A stretch of 64,000 nt of DNA from Penicillus capitatus (lineage: Eukaryota > Plantae > Chlorophyta): contig OZ287705.1 in the NCBI GenBank assembly GCA_965649825.1, positions 569,978 through 633,977 of the forward strand, in the 5' to 3' direction. A model generated the notes under the pieces. The model did no database searches, was not told the DNA's origin, and saw only the letters and a program-made list of their open reading frames with translations. Positions 59,151 to 64,000 of this stretch are shown one piece after another. A program made the translations under genes and the position numbers. Positions within the stretch are counted from its first letter, which is position 1. Every line of letters starts with the position of its first letter.

Positions 59151-60849
59151 TCGTCACATTCGCTTGAGCCACCTGGTTGGGAAAAGACAAGGTGCTGTCG
59201 AAGATGTCCCGTCGAGTTGCAATAATTTACCTAGTGAAGTAGGAATGATGTCTTCCGATCGAGTTTCGCCGAGAACCACGATGCTAAACGGCGTGAAGAG
59301 CGATGTACCGTATGCCAGGCTGATATCAACGCTTGTTAGCGCCTCTGTCGATGCTGAGTCTTAGGTTTGTCCCATCACTGAACAGAGCTTGAGGAGGGCA
59401 TCGTTGGGAAAACATGCTCCTGTCATCCCATCTGTCCGCTCAGCAAAACCGGATGCATGGATGTGCGGCGCCATCGTCACTGGAGATCGTCATCTGGTGA
59501 TTTTATCCAGTCCGCCTGCGTGTGGCGGCCAAGGGAAAGAACCTGGGCGAAGGATAAGATGAATTCATTCGACACTGTTACCGACTGCATTCTTCCTATC
59601 AGCAGCAGCTTCACGTACTGGGGTAGACTCCATGATGTATGATGATTCCATATCTTCTGCTAAACTCTGGTGCAAGTAACATCATGATGACAATGCGAAT
59701 CCGATTCAATCGATCCCGCGTTTCCGCGGTGCCGTTTTCGCCGATGGAGGCTCTTTGCTGAATCTCTTTGCAGGCACATCGTTGACGTGACCCCTGGGTC
59801 ATCGCGACGTAGATGCACGCTCATGACCCCTGCTATCCGCGCTTGACGTTGAAGTTGCCAAGTCTTCTCAACTGGTGCAAGGAATTTCTCGTCCAGAGAT
59901 GCCTGAAGAAGATGCCGTCCGTGCGGAGGGAGATCCGACACCAATGCTTGAGGTGATAACAAGAGCGCCGTTTGTGAGAATCGACAGCAAGCGTCAAGAT
60001 GCACATGTGCCTTCCTGAAGATCTCCAAAACAAGGACAGTCATTAACAAGCAAGCCTGAATGATGAACGTGCGATGCGTCATTGAACGGAGAAGTGGTCC
60101 ACAGATAGGATCGAATAACGGACTCTATAGGAAAACTACATCACTATTGTCGACCTGTAGAGCTCAAGACTGCTATGTATTGTCGTTAGTCGGTTTTGCC
60201 ACTCTCCGATCTGCTGAGGTAGCTTCTTTCGCCAGTGGGATGACCATTGACACGACGCACAGCTGTCCGATCTGTACTGCCCGTTCCCGACTTCTCATTG
60301 CGTGCATGTCCGCCTGCGTTGTTCTTTATACATGCCTCAGCAGGTGCCGGCTCTGCCTCCAAACAGGGAACAGCAAGTCGGTCGACGTATCCCGATGCCA
60401 CTGTACAACTACCATCGCGGTAGAGACAAGCGGCGGATCCTCTGTAGCATCCTGCTCGTATGAGCATCGGTATTGCGCTCTGCTCTTCTCCGTGTCCAGG
60501 AGATTTGGCAGCGGACAGCACGCACGACGCATTAGCGGCCGAGGAGACACGATCGTCGCCCTTTGCGCGACTTCGCAGCCGTCTCGTCTCCATCGCCGAT
60601 GTCTCGAGCCGCCATCCGTCGGCAGGTCAAGGAACTTGCGCATGGCAACGGCGCCGCCGAAGCCGAGTAGCTTCAGCTACCCAACCACAACGCCTGACAG
60701 ACACGCGGCGCAAAGCGTCGTCTTCCAGCTTCTCTGGCCGTCTCATGGCAGACCGACGTTCGACTCGTGCTCTTCTTGACGGTGACAAAGACAACGGCCC
60801 CACGGATCCTGGAATGAGACTGGCTGGCATGTCTCCCAGCACCACCGGT

Positions 60850-62250
60850 CTATCAAAAGTGCATCGCATCGCAGTAGAGGGATTTAAATGTCGTGTACCA
60901 AACGACCGTGCAATCTTGATGCTCTTTTTTGTGTTTAAGCGCCATTGGCTGTCCACGATCCTAGACTGCCTCCGCGACTGTCGCGCCATCGTCTTCGTCA
61001 ACGTCAACGAATCCAGCTGCCGAGTGATCCCCGCCTCTGAAGAGCATCTCGAGGAGGACGCTGCTGAGAAGCTCTGCCACATGGACGCACAAGTGGCAGA
61101 CAAAACTGACTGTTTGCAGCAAGAGTGCGGAAAGACGGATCGACAGTCGGCGTTCGATGACCTGCACAGTTTGCGCTTCATAAGACGGAATGAGACATAG
61201 GCTGATCCAGACCTTTGGCAGCAGCGAGTACGTGGATCGACAGGCAGCGCTTTCGTTGATCGCAGCATCCAGTGGACCACGATCCACAAAGGAGAATCTC
61301 GCGTTTTCCCTCAAAAGCGATCAAGATGACTACGCTCAGGCGTATGGCGCACCTCTTGTGTGAGTGCGTGTCAACTGCCGTTATCCTGGTGGCAGAAGAG
61401 CTGTTCGGGGCTCGGCTCTCTGACCTTATCCGTCGTGGCATCTACTACATCTCCGACGCGAGATGGAAGGCCTTGTAGGTCCACACGGACGGACAATGGA
61501 AGCCGTTTCCAGGTACGACGGGGATGCAATCGAACAGTCGACGACCAAAGAGTGCAATTCATGCGCACACTGCTTGTCATCTGGACGTCTGGTCTGCCCC
61601 TATCTGCTGTAGAACTTTTTGCACCTCGGCCGACCCTCATGCTGTCTTGCCTGAGAGAAGCTCAGAATCACTTGCCTCCCTTTTGCAGCAGATCGCAGTT
61701 TGATAAACGTCATAGAGGAGAACGAAGAGACAACAGTGCTAGCGTGAACAGTTAGTTGCATGTAAAGGAGCGAGCGACCCCTGTCTACATGTGCAGTCTG
61801 CGGCCAGATTTACATCATCGGGCAACCTTTGCTGCACAGTTGTTGCTCTCAATCAAAAAGGGCCTCCTGCACCGCATGACAGGCTTTAGAACACAGTGAA
61901 GTTTAAACTATACCTTTCCCTGTCTACATCACCTGGTATTCGGATTAGCGAACGGCGAGCGTTGCGTGCAGGTAATCTAAGATAAATGCCGCCTCGGCGA
62001 ATCAGAGCAGAAAGTACCTTTGGACCCATAACGCGAACACGATTCCTCGCAAAAGCGCAGCGGAGAACCAGTTCATGTTCAGCTGGCAGCAGGATGACCT
62101 TTCAAGATGTCCATTCGGACAGTCCATTCGATGTTCGCCACCGAAGCGCAGAGACGATCTTTTCGCCAGGACGACGACGCTTAGTCTTCCCTAGCTGTCG
62201 TCGCCTGCGACAGTTCCTCCGCCTTCGCATACGCGTTCGCGCGCACGCGG
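60850..62250 (-). pseudogene. Decayed ankyrin gene, duplicate of 25330-26720
   Basis: Colinear nucleotide similarity with 25330-26640. Degenerate KVLQQIGADQTSR, ANIEWTVRMD and hydrophobic RLSALLLQTVSFVCHLCVHVAELLSSVLLEMLF, with stops. Confidence 0.5.
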
Positions 62251-63586
62251 CGCGCCAGTGTTTGGCATATCCCCGTCACTTGTGAAGTTTGCCCGTTCGT
62301 CCAGAAATGCATGGGAAGTGTAAAAACCGACGGAACACGTCGGCCTCGGACGTGTCGCTTGACGAGTCCGTCGCCGACCGCAGTGTTCGCCGACACATAA
62401 GGACCAATCACTAGATTCCACGTAACCAATGTAATACTGCAGTATCGTTAATGCTCTGTCGAGCCCGGACGGAGGTAACACGCGAAACGACTTCACCCGC
62501 ATGTCGTCGAGAATCACATCAGAAGCTCGTCGTCAACCGATCCACTCTGCGGCATGAGGGCGATTTCCGTACCTGGGAAAGGAAGCTATTAGCGCCACTC
62601 ATCAGTGATAAAGAGAGGGATCCTTCTTTTGGATGCCCTGCCGTAGTAACCACCGTGCGTAGATCTGCTCGACAGCCTCCCTGTCGGAGAACAGATAACA
62701 GAGGCTCAAGCAGAATGGAAGTGTGGACATCTCATTCTCGACTTGTTATATGCGTCGTTGTTACACGCATCTGCTGACCCACGCTGCTCCACTATGTCTC
62801 GAAAGAAGTTCTCGGCTGTTCTGCCCGGCAAAGAAAAGGGGCGAAGTTGTACAGAGGAATCTTTCCGTCGACGAGGACAACTCGCGACTTTACAGAGAAC
62901 TTTTCTTAAGTGTCGTCTTAGTCAAAGGTCGAGGCAACGTCATTGTCCGGCATGATCTCCGCGAGCTTCGAGCTACGCACGCTGGTGACCAAACTTTACG
63001 TCGACGGTCTCGTAGAATTGTTTCGAACTCGATGTATGGACACTTGACTAGGCTGCAGAATCTGTGTAGCTGTTTCTTTCACGGCATCGAGATAACTGGA
63101 TGACAGAGAGGCTGCCGTGTCCCGGGCAGATGGCTGGACAGTGTGATCGGGCAGCTCGGTCCTTCTAAGGGTTAGGAATCTCTGGAAAGAGTGCGATAAA
63201 CGTTCAGGGTCAAACCCACTGTTCCATGCGATCGATGGACGGGAGATCAAGGAAAGAGGACCTTTCTGTATTAAAAGGGCAAATGCACAACATAGGGTAT
63301 CACTGTTATAAGAATTGGCGTAAGTGACTGAAGAACACATTTGTTTCTTAAGAATGAAATAGAGAGTGTGTGAAGAGCATCGCCGCAGGGTCAATGCTTT
63401 AACAAAACTCAGAAACTGATGACGACAAAGCATGCTGCCGTCAATACAATGTCGCGCAGATAATGAACATGTCACATAACTTCGCTTCTTCGTCAGAGAG
63501 ATAATGTGTGAGTGTGTGCGTTGCGCTGCTGACCGCAGCCGGGTTTTGAAATGAATTGTTAATTGACGAAAAGTAAAAGAGGGTGT

Positions 63587-64000
63587 TCAGAGAAGCAAGT
63601 CTGCGCTCTCGCTTCTGCGCAGCTTGTATGGGTCGTCGTCATCCAGATCGTTTGCCGCATCAAGCCCTCCCGTGAAGCTCTTGCATCTGCGCAGTTTCGA
63701 GAAGTCCGCCTTGTCAGCTGCATCGATGGCCGGGATCTCGGCAGCACTCTTGCATCGGCGCAGTCTGGAAGGTGTCTCGTCCAGCACCTCCTCGATGACG
63801 ATCTGCTTCACGTCTTCGTCGAACGCGAGCCTCTCAGTCGTCTTCCTGACAGCCGTCTCTGACGGTGGCAGCTCTCTGGCGAGCATGGCGCTCTTGCATC
63901 GGCGCATCCCCAGACTCTTCCTTTCGTCCGACGCATCCTGCATGATGATCCTATGGACCACTTCTCGACACACTGGGCACCTGATCGCCTTGCCACTGCG
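63587..64000 (-). CDS. 3' end of a paralogue of the MATH-RING gene (partial at window edge)
   Basis: Near-identical to 52175-52590 (CPVCREVVHRIIMQD...LRRSESADLLL). Similarity stops abruptly at the stop codon. Confidence 0.85.
   Translation of the reverse strand, partial: RSGKAIRCPVCREVVHRIIMQDASDERKSLGMRRCKSAMLARELPPSETAVRKTTERLAFDEDVKQIVIEEVLDETPSRLRRCKSAAEIPAIDAADKADFSKLRRCKSFTGGLDAANDLDDDDPYKLRRSESADLLL

Noticed and set aside
61500-61755. HECT-like C-terminus on the plus strand (LLVIWTSGLPL...LPPF)
   Set aside because: No TCxN catalytic motif. The duplicate at ~26 kb is frameshifted, and the minus strand gives a better ankyrin-like reading.

Overview
Eukaryotic nuclear DNA with the standard genetic code and very short (~45-57 bp) GT-AG introns plus a few GC-AG introns. 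It is probably a compact-genome green alga, inferred from a PHS1-like gene, plant-type ARP9/TIM9 and intron size. Bases 1-9.9 kb are a tightly packed housekeeping block: TIM9, PRMT4/CARM1, RRP15, an RNASEK-like gene, ARP9, SAM50 and PHS1. From ~10 to 45 kb is a birth-and-death cluster of signal-peptide-bearing ankyrin-repeat genes. Five are of a secreted type with a two-Cys C-cap (one of them disrupted by a solo LTR carrying a heat-shock element), two are membrane-anchored, and at least four are decayed remnants. Each 33-aa repeat is typically one 99-nt phase-0 exon in a ~150-bp exon+intron unit, and variation concentrates at the positions randomised in engineered DARPins. The cluster is interspersed with a 21-copy 49-bp minisatellite and decayed fragments. 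It is followed by a ~1,600-aa Pmp-like beta-helix/Cys-rich multi-pass membrane protein and a tandem MATH(>=6)-RING(x5) gene with an in-frame TGA at a RING cysteine, and the 3' end of a paralogue lies at the window edge. The best candidate for a new system is a modular, exon-shufflable extracellular ankyrin binder/receptor repertoire beside receptor-like and E3-ligase genes. An immune or recognition role is inference. All gene models were spliced by eye, with no database searches, so coordinates of decayed features are approximate.
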